Shown: piece after piece, positions 12,253 through 24,675 of the stretch | Numbering within the stretch: the stretch's first letter is position 1 | How the letters are laid out: every line of letters begins with the position of its first letter | From: Octopus vulgaris | Taxonomy: Eukaryota | Length of the DNA stretch: 64,000 bases | Direction: 5' to 3' | Assembly: GCA_951406725.2 (NCBI GenBank) | Contig: OX597818.1 | Location: 50,344,001-50,408,000 of the forward strand | Translations under genes and position numbers: made by a program | Notes under the pieces: generated by a model | The model's database searches: none | Seen by the model: the letters and a program-made list of their open reading frames with translations, nothing else | Told to the model about the DNA's origin: nothing

Positions 12253-12429
12253 GTGTGTATGTGTGTGTATGCATATATATATATATATACATGTGTCTAT
12301 ATATATGTATATATATATATGTGTGTATACACACACACACACACACATACACATTGCTTTTTTGTAGTCTCAGCTCAGAACTGCGGCCATGCAGGGGCAC
12401 CGCTGTTTTGTTACGCTGTTATTATTGAG

Positions 12430-13265
12430 AGCCTTCTCTAATATGTGGCATTTGGTGAATAAGGGAGTTTGATTTCACTATCCTCATTTGCACCGAGGTA
12501 GGTTCATCTGGGACACTTGACAGGAAGAGGTCCAGTTTTGATTTGAAAACACCTACATTTACTTAGTGTAGGTCCTTCAGGCTCTTTGGAGGAATATTAA
12601 AAAGCAGGAGTTGCAGTTCTACTCGGGAAAAACCAGGATTTTGAGGTAAGACTATCTTTGTAGGTCCGGAGGGCAGGTTGGTCGCCTTAGATGTGACACA
12701 CAAAAGTGGTAAGGCCTTTAGTTTGGTGGCTGTCTACGTTCCCTGTGGAGCTGGGCAGTCTGACTATTTTTGAAGCCTAGAGAATTTTCAAGGAACATCG
12801 CACACTTTAGTGTTGTTAGGTGACTTTAACACATTCTACGATGCACGCGTAGATCGTGTTGGCTCGAACCCGGATGGTTGGGGGGGAACCCTTGCCTTAG
12901 CGGTTTGCTAAGTCGTTTTCAGCTGGCAAACCGATTCAGACTGGATCACCCGGATGCTCCATTGTGGATGTGGGCAAATAACAATGGGTCGTCCAGATCT
13001 TATCTAGACAGGATTATTGTTAGAACTAATGGTAAAAATATAGTTAGTTGTCCACAATATCATATTGTCAACTACAGTAATCACAAATTTGTGACCTGTA
13101 GATTTGACCTAGATAGTATGGGCATTAACCAGTTCCATTATTAATAATAAATGGTGGAATGCCCTCAAAAGAGCCATTAAATTTGAGTCAATCAGATTTG
13201 GTACGGAATTAGCTAGTACTAGAAATAAAATAGAAAGGGTTTTAGTTAAGGCTCTAGTAGAGACA
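12430..13265 (+). mobile_element. Tx1/L1-clade LINE endonuclease fragment
   Basis: LVAVYVP...VLLGDFN...SYLDRI motifs with stops; counterpart at ~44110-44958. Confidence 0.8.
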
Positions 13266-13297
13266 ATAATATATTATATATATATGTAGAGATAATA

Positions 13298-13356
<59 letters not shown>

Positions 13357-13811
13357 TATATATATGTATATATATACACACACACACACATATATATATA
13401 ATATATTATATAATATATTATATTATTTATTGATATATAGGTGGATTATGTATTTGTAATACTAGATTGAAGTTAATTAGGTATTATATTATTTGATATT
13501 TTGTCTATTTTGTTATAGTTTGTAATATTAAATCCATAGATACTACACATGTATATTTATTATATGGTTAGCTTATGTGAGGAATTTGTCTATATTTGAA
13601 ACATTTCTTATTTTGATTACAATTTAATGACTTTTTATAGCTTTGTGTTTTTTATTTAATTTTAAAGTATTTAATTATTGAATTATCATTTTATTTTTCA
13701 ATTATGTATATTTAGAATTTTCATATACATATATATTTATATATATGTATATATATATGTATATATTAAAGTATATTTATTAATTAATTATTTTACTGTT
13801 CTATTATATTT

Positions 13812-13900
13812 TAACCTGATGAGCGACTATATTTATATGCAAGTGATTTATCTACTACTATAATCATTTCTTCAATATAGCAGCGAAACGCGTGTCGTTT
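13812..13900 (+). ncRNA. Hammerhead ribozyme-like motif in AT-rich Penelope-type tail
   Basis: aac-CTGATGA-gc...gc-GAAA-cgcgtg-TC-gtt; counterpart at ~45368-45455. Confidence 0.65.
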
Positions 13901-14179
13901 TTCTACCTATTATATACATTACATTATTCTTGTAATTTACTTAATCTTTACTTCTTAATTGTTATTTTAATTATTTTAAATTTTAACTTTTCAATTATAT
14001 ATAATTTTCTAGATGGTGTAATTTAATTATTCATTTTGAATTGATAAAAGGTGTTTTCTTTTCTAATATTTTATATATATTATATTGTGTGGAATTTGAT
14101 TTAGTATTTCTAAATTGAATTCTTTTTCCTTGTAAGTTTGGATTTTATTCTATCAAATAATAATTATATATATATATAC

Positions 14180-14247
<68 letters not shown>

Positions 14248-14383
14248 GGAGAGAGAAAGAGAGAGAGAGAGAATTATGTGTATATGTGTGTGTATGTGTG
14301 TGCGCATGCGTAACTTACGATTGAGTATTGGATTAATAAGTAGTTGTGTAATTCAATGTAATGTTACAGATTGCATAACTTAC

Positions 14384-14572
14384 ATGGAATATTGATGCCG
14401 CATCGAATCCAAGGTTTATCCTGGCATTGTCCAACATCAAGCACACAGGTTCTATTTAGCGCAATTGTACCAGCTCCACAATGCATATGATTACCGTGGT
14501 TATAATATTTCGTGCAAATGCATGGATCAATTTGGAAAGGAAGGCTCTTTTTCGAATTACAAATGGTAAAAT
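14384..14572 (-). CDS. Receptor gene A, Cys-rich ectodomain exon (chitin-binding type-2/peritrophin-A-like)
   Basis: Acceptor ttttattttttcag, donor T|gtaagt, 189 nt symmetric phase 1-1, open frame xFTICNSKKSLPFQIDPCICTKYYNHGNHMHCGAGTIALNRTCVLDVGQCQDKPWIRCGINIP with 7 Cys. DPxxCxKYY...CxxGT resembles CBM14 (resemblance only). Confidence 0.85.
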
Positions 14573-14659
14573 CTGAAAAAATAAAATTGTAGCTTTCTCT
14601 TGACTCTTACGTGGAAGAGTAATACTTTGTACTAGACAGTACTACATAACATACAATAG

Positions 14660-14870
14660 TCGTCCAAGAATTTGGACCTGGAGATCTCCATTTCCAGCGA
14701 CTTCGAGGGCCACCTCCCAGTGGTGTCGGACATCAACGAGGAGCCTTCGACTACAACAAGACGACCAAAGTGTAATTTTTCCAAGGTCCGGGATCTCCCG
14801 CCCCTAAGCCCTAGACCATCATCTAATCACCCTTACCCGTCTTGTTGCTTAACAACAACAATAACATACA
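14660..14870 (+). repeat. ~200-bp dispersed repeat with (AAC)n tail
   Basis: caagaatttggacctggagatctcc...cccttacccgtcttgttgcttaacaacaac; also at ~23675-23900, 46200-46400, 50498-50700 and 52353-52555. Confidence 0.8.
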
Positions 14871-15224
14871 ATAAAACACAAACAGATCGGTATAGTCCAC
14901 ACTATCTCAGGTTAATAGACGTGCTGTTTCCTCCATCTGTCTTTCTATCGCTCCTCCCTAACATGTTTGTTACAAACCTGGATTGCTGACTGGCTGTCAT
15001 GGCTAGTCTCATGTTATTCTTTCAATTAAATCCTCCCTGATGAACTCAAATCTGCTCTCCCGCTCGCCACCGAAGAGAAACAATCAAACCCTAATAACTA
15101 TTCGGCAATACCATCAGAAAACCTTTCATCTGCTGTGGCAAATAACAATAACTTATGGACTTTATTTACATCATTTTCATTATTTACATTTGACGGATAT
15201 TTGTCCTCATCTTGTTTGTTGTTA

Positions 15225-15268
15225 ACACAACGTTTCGGCTGATATACTCTCCAGCCTTCATCAGGTGT
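15225..15268 (-). ncRNA. Hammerhead ribozyme-like motif
   Basis: Minus strand acac-CTGATGA-aggctg(gagagtatat)cagcc-GAAA-cgtt-gtgt; counterpart at ~46744-46787. Confidence 0.7.
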
Positions 15269-15321
15269 CTTGGGGAAATTTCAAACCTAGCTTCTCATTC
15301 CTAAGGTATTTTTCGATATTA

Positions 15322-15377
<56 letters not shown>

Positions 15378-15410
15378 GTTATTATTATCATTATCATTGT
15401 TATTATTATT

Positions 15411-15883
15411 ATTTTTTTTTTCTTCTTTCAAATTTGCTTCCATTTCTTGCCGAGTGTCTTCCCGACTCCTAGGGCAAAGAAACTCATAGTATACATTGGT
15501 AGGCCATTAAACCAAACTCAGTAGTTCGTTCATTTTCTTTTTTTTTTTTTTTAAAGTTAAATTAAAATACATGAGCAGCAACAGTTCTCACATCGACAAT
15601 GCTCTTCTCAGTACGTGTGATGTACCAGTTAAGACAATCTTTTGCACTTCTTGCAGGGATGGTAAGCCAGGGATCATTCTCATATAATTTTCGGTTCCCT
15701 TCTTGATCATTCCTAGTGCTCCTACGATCACTGGTATTGTAACCGCCTTGAGATGCCACATTTTCTCAATTTCAATGAGTAGGTCTTTATATTTTCTGAG
15801 CTTGTCAAACTCTTTCGCTGAGATATTATGATCACAGGGGATGCTCATGTCGATCAATAAGCAAACTTTATTGTTTTGGTCTT

Positions 15884-15886
<3 letters not shown>
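15411..15886 (-). mobile_element. 5'-truncated R4/Dong-clade non-LTR element in (TAA)n, copy A only
   Basis: Restriction-like endonuclease C-terminus LLIDMSIP...KxxKY...IPVIVGALG; flanked by (ATT)n on both sides; absent from the array at 46850-47050. Confidence 0.8.
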
Positions 15887-15978
<92 letters not shown>

Positions 15979-15979
15979 G

Positions 15980-16968
15980 GGGTTAGTAGCCCGCGCTCTT
16001 AACCAATGGAGTGAAATTTTAGGGCTTATAAATCTAATATTTTCCTATCCTTAATACTGATTCCCCTATGCTATTCATATCTGCACTCGGTCTGCTTAGG
16101 AGGTCGTTGTGTCCTAGCATATGTGCTGCTTCTTTTAGTTTTCGTATTTTCCAGTGGTGTTCTCTGTCTATTATTTTAAATTCATCCCACAGGGAGAAGT
16201 GGTCTCCATTTTTCCATACATGATCAGCTTATACCCGATTGATCAATATCTCCTCGTGTCACAGCTTTGTGATATTCCCGTACACTTATTTTGAGGGGGC
16301 ACCATGTTTCGCCTTTGTATAACCTACCACAGCTGCATGGGATGGAGTATATGCAGTTTTTGGTCATATTCCCTTCTACTGGTGGTTTTACTCGAAAGAG
16401 ATATTTGTGAAGTGTTATATTACTCTTGAATACTGTCCTGGTGTCATATGGGCCGCATATCTTCTGTATATTTTCAGAGAGGCCTTTCACATAGGGCAGA
16501 CAGACTGTTGACAGTTTATTGGTTTCATCCTCTCTTTTCTTCATAATTGGAGTAGATAATATGTTTTTGGAGTAGTTGTTGCTTAATAGATTGTTACTGA
16601 GCTTGATCATTTCTTCGTGGTGAGTATCACGATCGCTGCCTATATTCTTTGATCGATGTTTTAGGCACTGATCAATCCCTCTCTTTACACTGTATGGATG
16701 GTGTGAATCGAAGTTAAGGTATCGCCCAGTAAAGGTCGGCTTGCGGTATACGGATGTCCTGAATCCATACTTGGTACGTGTTATTAGTACGTCCAGGAAT
16801 GGTAGCTGATTGTCTTTTTCCTTTTCCATTGTGAACTGTATGGATGGCTTTATTGAGTTCACATGATCCAACAGCACTTGGACATCTTCCTGGTGGGACC
16901 AGAGTATAAAGGTGTCATCAACATATCGCAGCCATATGGTTGGTTTTAGTGGTGTTGATCCTAAAGCT
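15980..16968 (-). mobile_element. Penelope-like element fragment (RT C-terminus + GIY-YIG)
   Basis: WLRYVDDTF, QFTME..LPFLDV, YRKPT, IYSIPCSCGRLYKGET; counterpart at ~47050-48045. Confidence 0.9.
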
Positions 16969-17422
16969 TTAGGAAAAAAACTTATTTTATAGAAAGAAAT
17001 ATAATTCTATTATTATGAGGTAGACCAAGAATCGAAAGGTTACTTCCATTGCCTTAGGGAAGGACACTTTGGAGATCCTGTTCAAAAAGTATTGAGTAAG
17101 AAGGGAGAAAGAGAGCGGGAGAGAAAGAGAGAGGGAGAGAAAGAGAGATTGAGAGAAAGAGAAAGTGAGAGCAGGAGGTGTAGGGAAAAAGGAATAAAGA
17201 AATGGAGGATAAAAATATTAAACGGGTGAAAGGATGAAGGACTGAACAAGGTGTTCGACTGCAAGAAGCAGTGGGACCTTTTTCTTTAGACTGTTGTTCC
17301 GGTCACATGAACAAAGGGTAACAGTCTCCAATATAGCACTTTGGTTCATTACGGGCATAAGACGGAGGCAGTTATGCGGATAAACAAATTAAATATAACA
17401 GCTTGGGTTTGATATACAATAC

Positions 17423-17455
<33 letters not shown>

Positions 17456-17479
17456 TACACACACATACGTACATATATA

Positions 17480-19545
17480 CAGTAGTGTAAAATCACTACT
17501 GCAGCGATCTCCCAGGAAGATGCAGAACACTTGGTGGGACGATCTTGCTTGTGATGTTCAGGCTGCTGCTGATGCAAATGACAGCAAGAGGCTTTACCAT
17601 CTTATGAAGCAAGTTTATGGGCCCAAGAGCCCCGCATCAGCTCCTTTGCTTTGCAAGGAGTCTTCTATTCTAGTTATTAAATCAACAGAAATCACAAGTC
17701 GCTCGATTGAACACTTCTCCGAATTCCTAAACCATGAGTTAGTTGTGGACGAAACAGTGAGAGATACTATGCAACAAAGACCTATCATTGGCTCCTTAAA
17801 TTCCACGCCCTCAAAAGTTGAGGTAAACTGAATGTTGGTAGGGTATCTGGATGTGATGGAATTTGTGCTGGGCTTTTTCAATTTGGTGGGGATTACAACA
17901 TACAGTCCCTTCATGAACTTATTAGTGTAGTCTAGAGGGATGGTGCAATGCCTAAGGACTGGAAGGGTGCAATTATTCTTCTTCTCTATAAAGGAAAGGG
18001 AGCCAGAATAATGTGTGGTAACTACAGAGCTATTGCTCTACTATCAGTTGCTGGCAAGGTTTTGGCAAATATTCTTCTTACTCGCCTGAATGAGTGTCTT
18101 GTAAATGGCCTATCTGAATCTCAATGTGGCTTCTGATCTGGTAGAGGGACAATGGATATGATCTTCACAGCAAGACAGATGTAGGAGAGGTGCCAAGAGT
18201 AGAATATGGATCCTGTCCAGGTATTCATTGATTTAACCAACATGTTTGATATTGTGAATAGGGCGTTGCTATGGAAAGTACTTGGCAAACTTGGATGTCT
18301 GGATTACTTTGTATCTATAACTAAATCATTTCATGATGAGACGGAGGCTTGTGTCAATGTTGGTGGTGGCACGGCGGGACCCATTCCTATAGAGAATAGT
18401 GTCAAGCAGGGTGACATTCTTGCCCCAACTCTCTTTTCTTTGTACTTTGCTGCTGCTTTTACTCATGCTTTTGCTAAGGTTTGCTCTCTGGGAATATATG
18501 TCAGGTATCGATCTTCTGGCCGCTTCTTTTATTTGCGCTGATTTGCTGCCAATTCAAAAGTTTTCCAGTCTCTTATTCGCGACCCCCTTTATGCAGATGA
18601 CTGACTTAGTCACTCATTCAGTGGATGACTTGCAAATACTTATGAATCGTATTTCTGCTTCTTGTAAAGTATTTGGACTCAGCATTAATCTAGACAAGCC
18701 TGCACCAGAAAATTCATATGTGGAAACAGCTATCTTGGTTGGGGGAACAATTCTGAAAGTGGTAGACAGGTCATCTACCTGGACAGCACACTCAGCCGTT
18801 CTTGATCCCTGGCTGATGAAATATCTTTCAGGCCGCAGAGAGCAACTGATTTCTTCCGGTCTCTTCAGTCTCGTGTCTGGTCCCAGCATGGCATCACAAA
18901 GCAAACAAAAATTGCTGTGTACCGTGCATGTGTACTGACATCGCTCCGTCATTTATGTAAAACATGGACCTTTTACAACTGTCATGTAAGGGTCCTTGAA
19001 CGCTTTCATCAGAGATGTCTCAGACACATTCTCAATGTTGGCTTGACCTTAAAACCTCCAGACACAGGTCCTGAGAACAGCTGATATCTTGAGTGCACAA
19101 ACATCGGTTACGTTGGACTTATTAGAATGAAGGATAGAAGGATTCCTAAGTAGATGCTATATGGGGAACTTGTGAATGGAAGGAGGCCGCGGCAGAAACC
19201 AAGGCTGCGATTTAAGGACTGCGTCCTCATTAAAGGTCTGCGATATGCAAGAGACTGACTGGGAGAGCAATGCCTGTCATCGCCACAGAGGGAGGAAGCA
19301 GGTTAAGGAGGGGATCGACACTTTGAGAGAGCACGTATCAATGAGAACTTGCGAGCACGAAAGCGCACGGCTGTATAGTGAATGGGGAAAGCTTGGTCTG
19401 CAATGTTTGCAGTCGTGTATGCTTGTCAAGAGCAGGGTTCATTAGCCACCAACGGAGCCACAAATGCAAAATATTAGTCCTAGAGCGTACAATGTTCCTG
19501 AAGTTCAGCAATGGTCTTCCTCGGTCACGAGTGGACAGACATTAT
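17480..19545 (+). mobile_element. Decayed RTE-clade LINE, copy A only
   Basis: YKGKG...CGNYRAIALLS, ESQCGF, FIDL, KQGDILAPTLF, YADD and a C-terminal CxxC..HxxxH; many frameshifts. Confidence 0.9.
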
Positions 19546-19689
19546 GCATGTATGTATGTGTGTGCGTTTATACAAACACACACGCACGAACGCACACGCA
19601 CGCACACGCACGCACACATACACGCACACACACACACATACACACACAGACATATGCCTCAAGTATTTAGGAAAAACCGTTGTGGACCA

Positions 19690-20812
19690 TAAGTGATCCA
19701 AACTTCAACTAAATACTCTCTCCCTTTTGAACCCAAATGTGGAAGCTTCGAATGTAACGCAGGCCGCGAAAAAGCATGCTGCTTTCGATACCTTATCCAC
19801 CAGCCACCGTGATTCTGGAGTTGCAGCCTTCATAAATTTTCCCAGGCCCTTTTCAGATCTTTGATCAGAAAAAGAGTTCCTAGCCCGAGCGGGAATGTAT
19901 ACTCTATGACCAAAAGCAAAATTACACTCTCGATAGTCAGATGTTGTCAAAAAATTCGATTTTGCCTAACTAACCCAGGGCGCCATCAGCAAGTGAAGAT
20001 GATAGGCAATGACTGTCATTCACTTGCTGAGGTCATTGTTGAAGATGCCTGGACAAACTCGATAAACTCGACAAACTCGACTTTTCTGACAATATCTGAC
20101 TATCGAGAGTGTACAACTGTCACGTGTATTACGTTCCAAATACCCCGCGATAGGTGAAAATCCGCGAAGTAGAAACAGTTCTGTACTCTATATTTTATTA
20201 TTATTTTTATAATTTGTATATATCTATTTTATCATAATTGCAAAACAACACCACACACTTGCCTTCCGGGTTTCGTTTTTCATACAGTATGTACGATTCT
20301 TTGTTTATTTATCTACGGTACACTACATATTTTCTTTTAATATATTTTAATTAATGTGTTATACAGTGCAGTACTGTACTGTATTTTCATTTATTAACTT
20401 GTAAATTTTTAGGTGATAAAACGCTTATTTTACCACAGAAATAATTAAAATCTAAAAGACTATAAATAGCTATCGCCCGCAGAGACCCGCTATATAATGA
20501 GGAGTCCGCGATATAAATTTACATATATGAGCCAGAAAATCCGCGAAATACTGACGGCCCGATAGGTGAACTGCAATATGGCGAGTGATTATTGTATTTT
20601 TGCTTTTGGTGATGGAACATAAATTCCCACTCGGGGCCAGGAGCTCATTTCTGATCGTAAACACGAAGGGTCTGGCAAAATTTATGAAGGCTGCAATTTC
20701 AGAATCACTGTGGTCGGCGGTTAAGGCATCGACAACATTGCACTATTTCAAACTCAGCGTTATATTCGAAGTTTCCACGTTGGGGTTCAAATGGAGGTTT
20801 GGACCCCTTATT
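19690..20812. mobile_element. Non-autonomous TIR element with nested pogo/Tigger-like MITE
   Basis: ~19690-19930 is inverted relative to ~20590-20812; the internal 20130-20590 segment carries 'gataggtgaa..ccgcga' subterminal motifs. Confidence 0.55.
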
Positions 20813-21395
20813 GTCCTTAAATAGTTGAGGCAGATATATATATATCAATATCTTCCTTTTTTTTACTTTCTCTTACTTGTTTCAGTCATTTTGACTGTGG
20901 CCATGCTGGAGCACCGCCTTTATTCGAGCAAATCGCCCCCAGGAGTTATTCTTTGTAAGCCTAGTACTTATTCTATCGGCCTCTTTTTCCGAACCGCTAA
21001 GTTACGGGAACCATAAACACACCAGCATCAGTTGTCAAGTGATGTTGGGGGGACAATAATAGACACATAACCATATACACACACACATATATACATACAT
21101 ATATACGACGGGCTTCTTTCAGTTTCCGTCTACCAAATCCACTCGGAAGGTTTTGGTCGGCTCGAGGCTATAGTAGAATACACTTGCCCAAGGTGCCGCG
21201 CAGTGGGACTGAACCCGGAACCATTTGGTTCGTAAGCAAGCTACTTACTACAATAGACAATGGACATGCTCTTCCCTGACTTATCATTTCTCTGTTGAGT
21301 TTGTTGTTAGTCATAAGTCCTATAATTCCAATCGCTACTTTACACAAACTGCTACACTCCGGAACACAACACTCGAGTTGTATCCTCTGGTGTAT

Positions 21396-21498
<103 letters not shown>

Positions 21499-21556
21499 CA
21501 CATTGTTGAAGTCATCAGAATTTATTAACTTCGAGATAATGTTATAAATAACATCA

Positions 21557-21596
<40 letters not shown>

Positions 21597-21642
21597 TGAG
21601 AGAGAGAGAGAGAGAGAAAGAGTGAGAGAGAGAGAGAGAGAA

Positions 21643-21688
<46 letters not shown>

Positions 21689-22099
21689 CTCTCCAAACAT
21701 ATTTGAAAATAATCGGGAATATATGACCAGCTAAGCACACCTACGAAAAGAAGCTTCTAAGTGGTTGTCCGATCTGCTAGAACTAGCAGCCAAACCTTTT
21801 GCAAATAACAGCGTACTGTCTTAAAAAAGAAGGGACGGCCGAGAGTGGAAAGCTTTGGATCAAAGACCAGCAGCATTTACTCACGTTTCTTTATGTTTTG
21901 AGTTCAAATCCGCCGAGGTGAACTTTAGTAGTTACCCTTGCGGGGCGAATAAAGTTTAGTACTAGTTAAACTATGAGGTCGATTTAATATTCATATAATT
22001 TTATACTTATACGATTTTGTGGTAAAGAAGGGTTGAGGCCCCTGTGACATAAGAAATTACAAAGAAGAAAAGCTGTGGGAGTGCAAATTGAAATGTTCT

Positions 22100-22500
22100 C
22101 GATTGACAGCTTAAAGGACTAAACATCAAAAACCAAAGAAGAACATGATGATAACAGTTGCTTCTAGAAAGCATCAGTTCGAGAATAGCTATTAGAATTA
22201 GAGGACTTAAGAGTAACAGAAAGTTCAACGAAGAAATGATGCGCCTAGGAAGAGTAGCGGGTGACACATTTTAAGGTCTTGACGGAAGGTATCAGACTAG
22301 AAATTTCATCAGAGCAATGACCCTGGAAATACTTGTGAGTCACAGCGAAAATATATTTTGACGATGAGCAAGACGCCAATCGAGTAGAAAGATGACTCAA
22401 CTCGTTTTCTAATTCGATCAAGGAAGTTAAGGTAATCAAAGCAGGCTCCAGTCGAAAGATGACTATGGTATTCAATGCAATTTCTTATAATGCATCACAG
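22100..22500 (-). mobile_element. LINE 3' fragment (CR1/Jockey-like), copy A only
   Basis: KYFQGHCSDEISSLIP motif typical of non-LTR RT C-termini. Confidence 0.55.
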
Positions 22501-23180
22501 GTGTGAATGGAGTTATGATAATAAGAGAAGACTGTATTTCATTTCAAAATTTTTAGTACTCAACATTTCAAAATCTTGCGTACTCCTTGAATGGTGAAAT
22601 TCATAGTTTCCCAATAGAGAGCTTCATCTCCGATTCAATTTTACTGAAAATCATTTAGATTTTCATGCAAGAACGATACTTTTACTTTACTTTTCATTGG
22701 ACTGCGGTCATGATGGAGCACTACCTTCAAGCGTTTTAGTCGAACAAAGAAATCCCGATACTCCTTTTTTTAAAGTCTGGTATTTATCTTATTTCGTTAC
22801 TATTGCCGAATCGCTAAGTTATTGAGATGTAAATGAACAGACGCCGGTTATCAAGAGGTGATGAGCGACGAACACAAAGACACACACACTACAGGCTTCC
22901 ATCCAGTTTCCATCAACCAACTTTTCCCACAAGGCATTGATCAGCAGGAGCTACAGTAGAAGATACTTGCTCAAGAAACTGTGTCGTGGGTCTGAACCCC
23001 GGAACCAAGTGGATGCGAAGCGAGCTTCTTCACCACTAAGCCATGCCCACGCCCGTCAAAAGGGAAAATCGCAACTAGATTCCAAAGGAATCAGCGTTCG
23101 TTCGCGACGGCAGAATTTCAATAACTTTCATGAACTCTCATACCTGCCAAAAAGGTTTCAAGAAACCAAAAATAGTTCAG

Positions 23181-23388
23181 TAACCCTTTCGATACCAACC
23201 CTGCTGAGACCGCCTCTGGCTCTGTAGTAGAAATGTTTTGTTTTCAAAAGTTCTGAGTCAAAATCTTCCACCAAACCTTAGTCACGATTTATGTTTCAAA
23301 CATTAGATTAATGATAGCTGGGTTATATTTGTAATTAATTGAAAGAAACACAGAGCATCTCAACAGAAATATGGTAACAAAAGGGTTC
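23181..23388. mobile_element. MITE with CCC...GGG termini (piggyBac-like)
   Basis: aaccctttcgatacc / ggtaacaaaagggtt; counterpart at ~50032-50240. Confidence 0.65.
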
Positions 23389-24575
23389 ACCGTATAGAGG
23401 GACCAGAAGTGAAACAATTGGGGCATCGATAGACTTTCATTATTCATATGGTGGGTGGAGTGCAGATTTTGGTAAATCTCAGAAATTATATCACTTCAAG
23501 GTACAACGAAGAAAGGCTCTGATTTGAAAGTCAGTGCTCAACTGTGTTCAAGGGAGTCAGACTTGTTATAGAAATCTCATTAACTCTGCTTTTGAGCTTT
23601 TTAAACTGCTTGATATAGCAGCAAAATATTTTCACCATTTATACTCAGCCATCCATTTAAGCAACCACGAGGACAGCCGTTCAAGAATTTGGACCTGGAT
23701 ATCTCCATTTCCAGGAACTTCGAAGATCACATCCCAGTGGTGTCGGGCGTCAACGAAGAGCCCTCGACTACAAGACGACCAAAGTTTTTTTTTCTAAGGT
23801 CTTGGGGAAGTTTTTTTTTCTAAGGTCTTGGGTTTCCCGCCCCTAAGCCCTAGACCATCAACTAATAACCCTTACCCGTCTTGTTGCTTAATAACAACAA
23901 CAACAGCAACAGCAGAAGAAGAAGAAAAATAAGAAGAAGAAGAAGAAGAAGAGGCGGAGGAGGAAAAAAGAATAATAATAATAATAAGAACAACAACAAC
24001 AACAACAAAAACAACAACAACAAAGACTCTTTCAAGGGAAGAATGAGGTGGGAAAGTGCTTGACAATGCTAACGAATTAAAGATCGATCAGAAATTGTAC
24101 GGAATCGAACAGGAAATTTTACGGAATCGAAGAGGAAAAAAAGCCCTTAAAAAATTAGAAAATTATATTTACCTTTTCCCATTTTCAGTTCAATAAGTAG
24201 AAAAAGAAAGAAAAAGAAAATTAAGAAATAGTTTCAAATTGATGGTTCCTTGGTTGAACGGGATTAAATAGAAATAAAATGAAAAGTTAGCCAAGATATT
24301 AACTGTAAGTGTTTTAAGCCTCTTCTGTGGTTGAACAACCTCCACAAACAGAAACAAACTAAACAATGAAAGAATGAGGAGAGAAATAATTAATACAGCA
24401 AAAATTCCCACCGGATTCTCTCTCTCTCTCTCTCTTTGTTTCCCTCTCTCACTGTTTCTCTCTATCTATCTGTCTCGCTCTCCCCCTCTCTCTGTTTTTT
24501 GTTTCTAACCACTCCCTTCTGATCATTTACTCGCGTGGTTCCTAGTTTTTTTCCTGACGTTCCCCTTCTATTTAC

Positions 24576-24675
24576 ACTTCCTATGAAACGAGCAAATGAC
24601 AATATAACAGAACCAGACGATAAACAAAACACTTCGCTTAACATCCAGATAGTACAGTTTATAAGAGGCGCTCAT
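24576..24675 (-). CDS. Candidate first (signal-peptide-like) exon of gene A; tentative
   Basis: ATG-MSASYKLYYLDVKRSVLFIVWFCYIVICSFHRK + T|gtaaat, phase 1 matches the Cys exon; same sequence in copy B at 51579-51678. Donor is weak. Confidence 0.25.

Noticed and set aside
24190-24411. Hydrophobic ORF resembling a signal peptide
   Set aside because: Starts at GTG after a (GA)n tract, with no ATG or suitable donor; hydrophobicity follows from T-richness.
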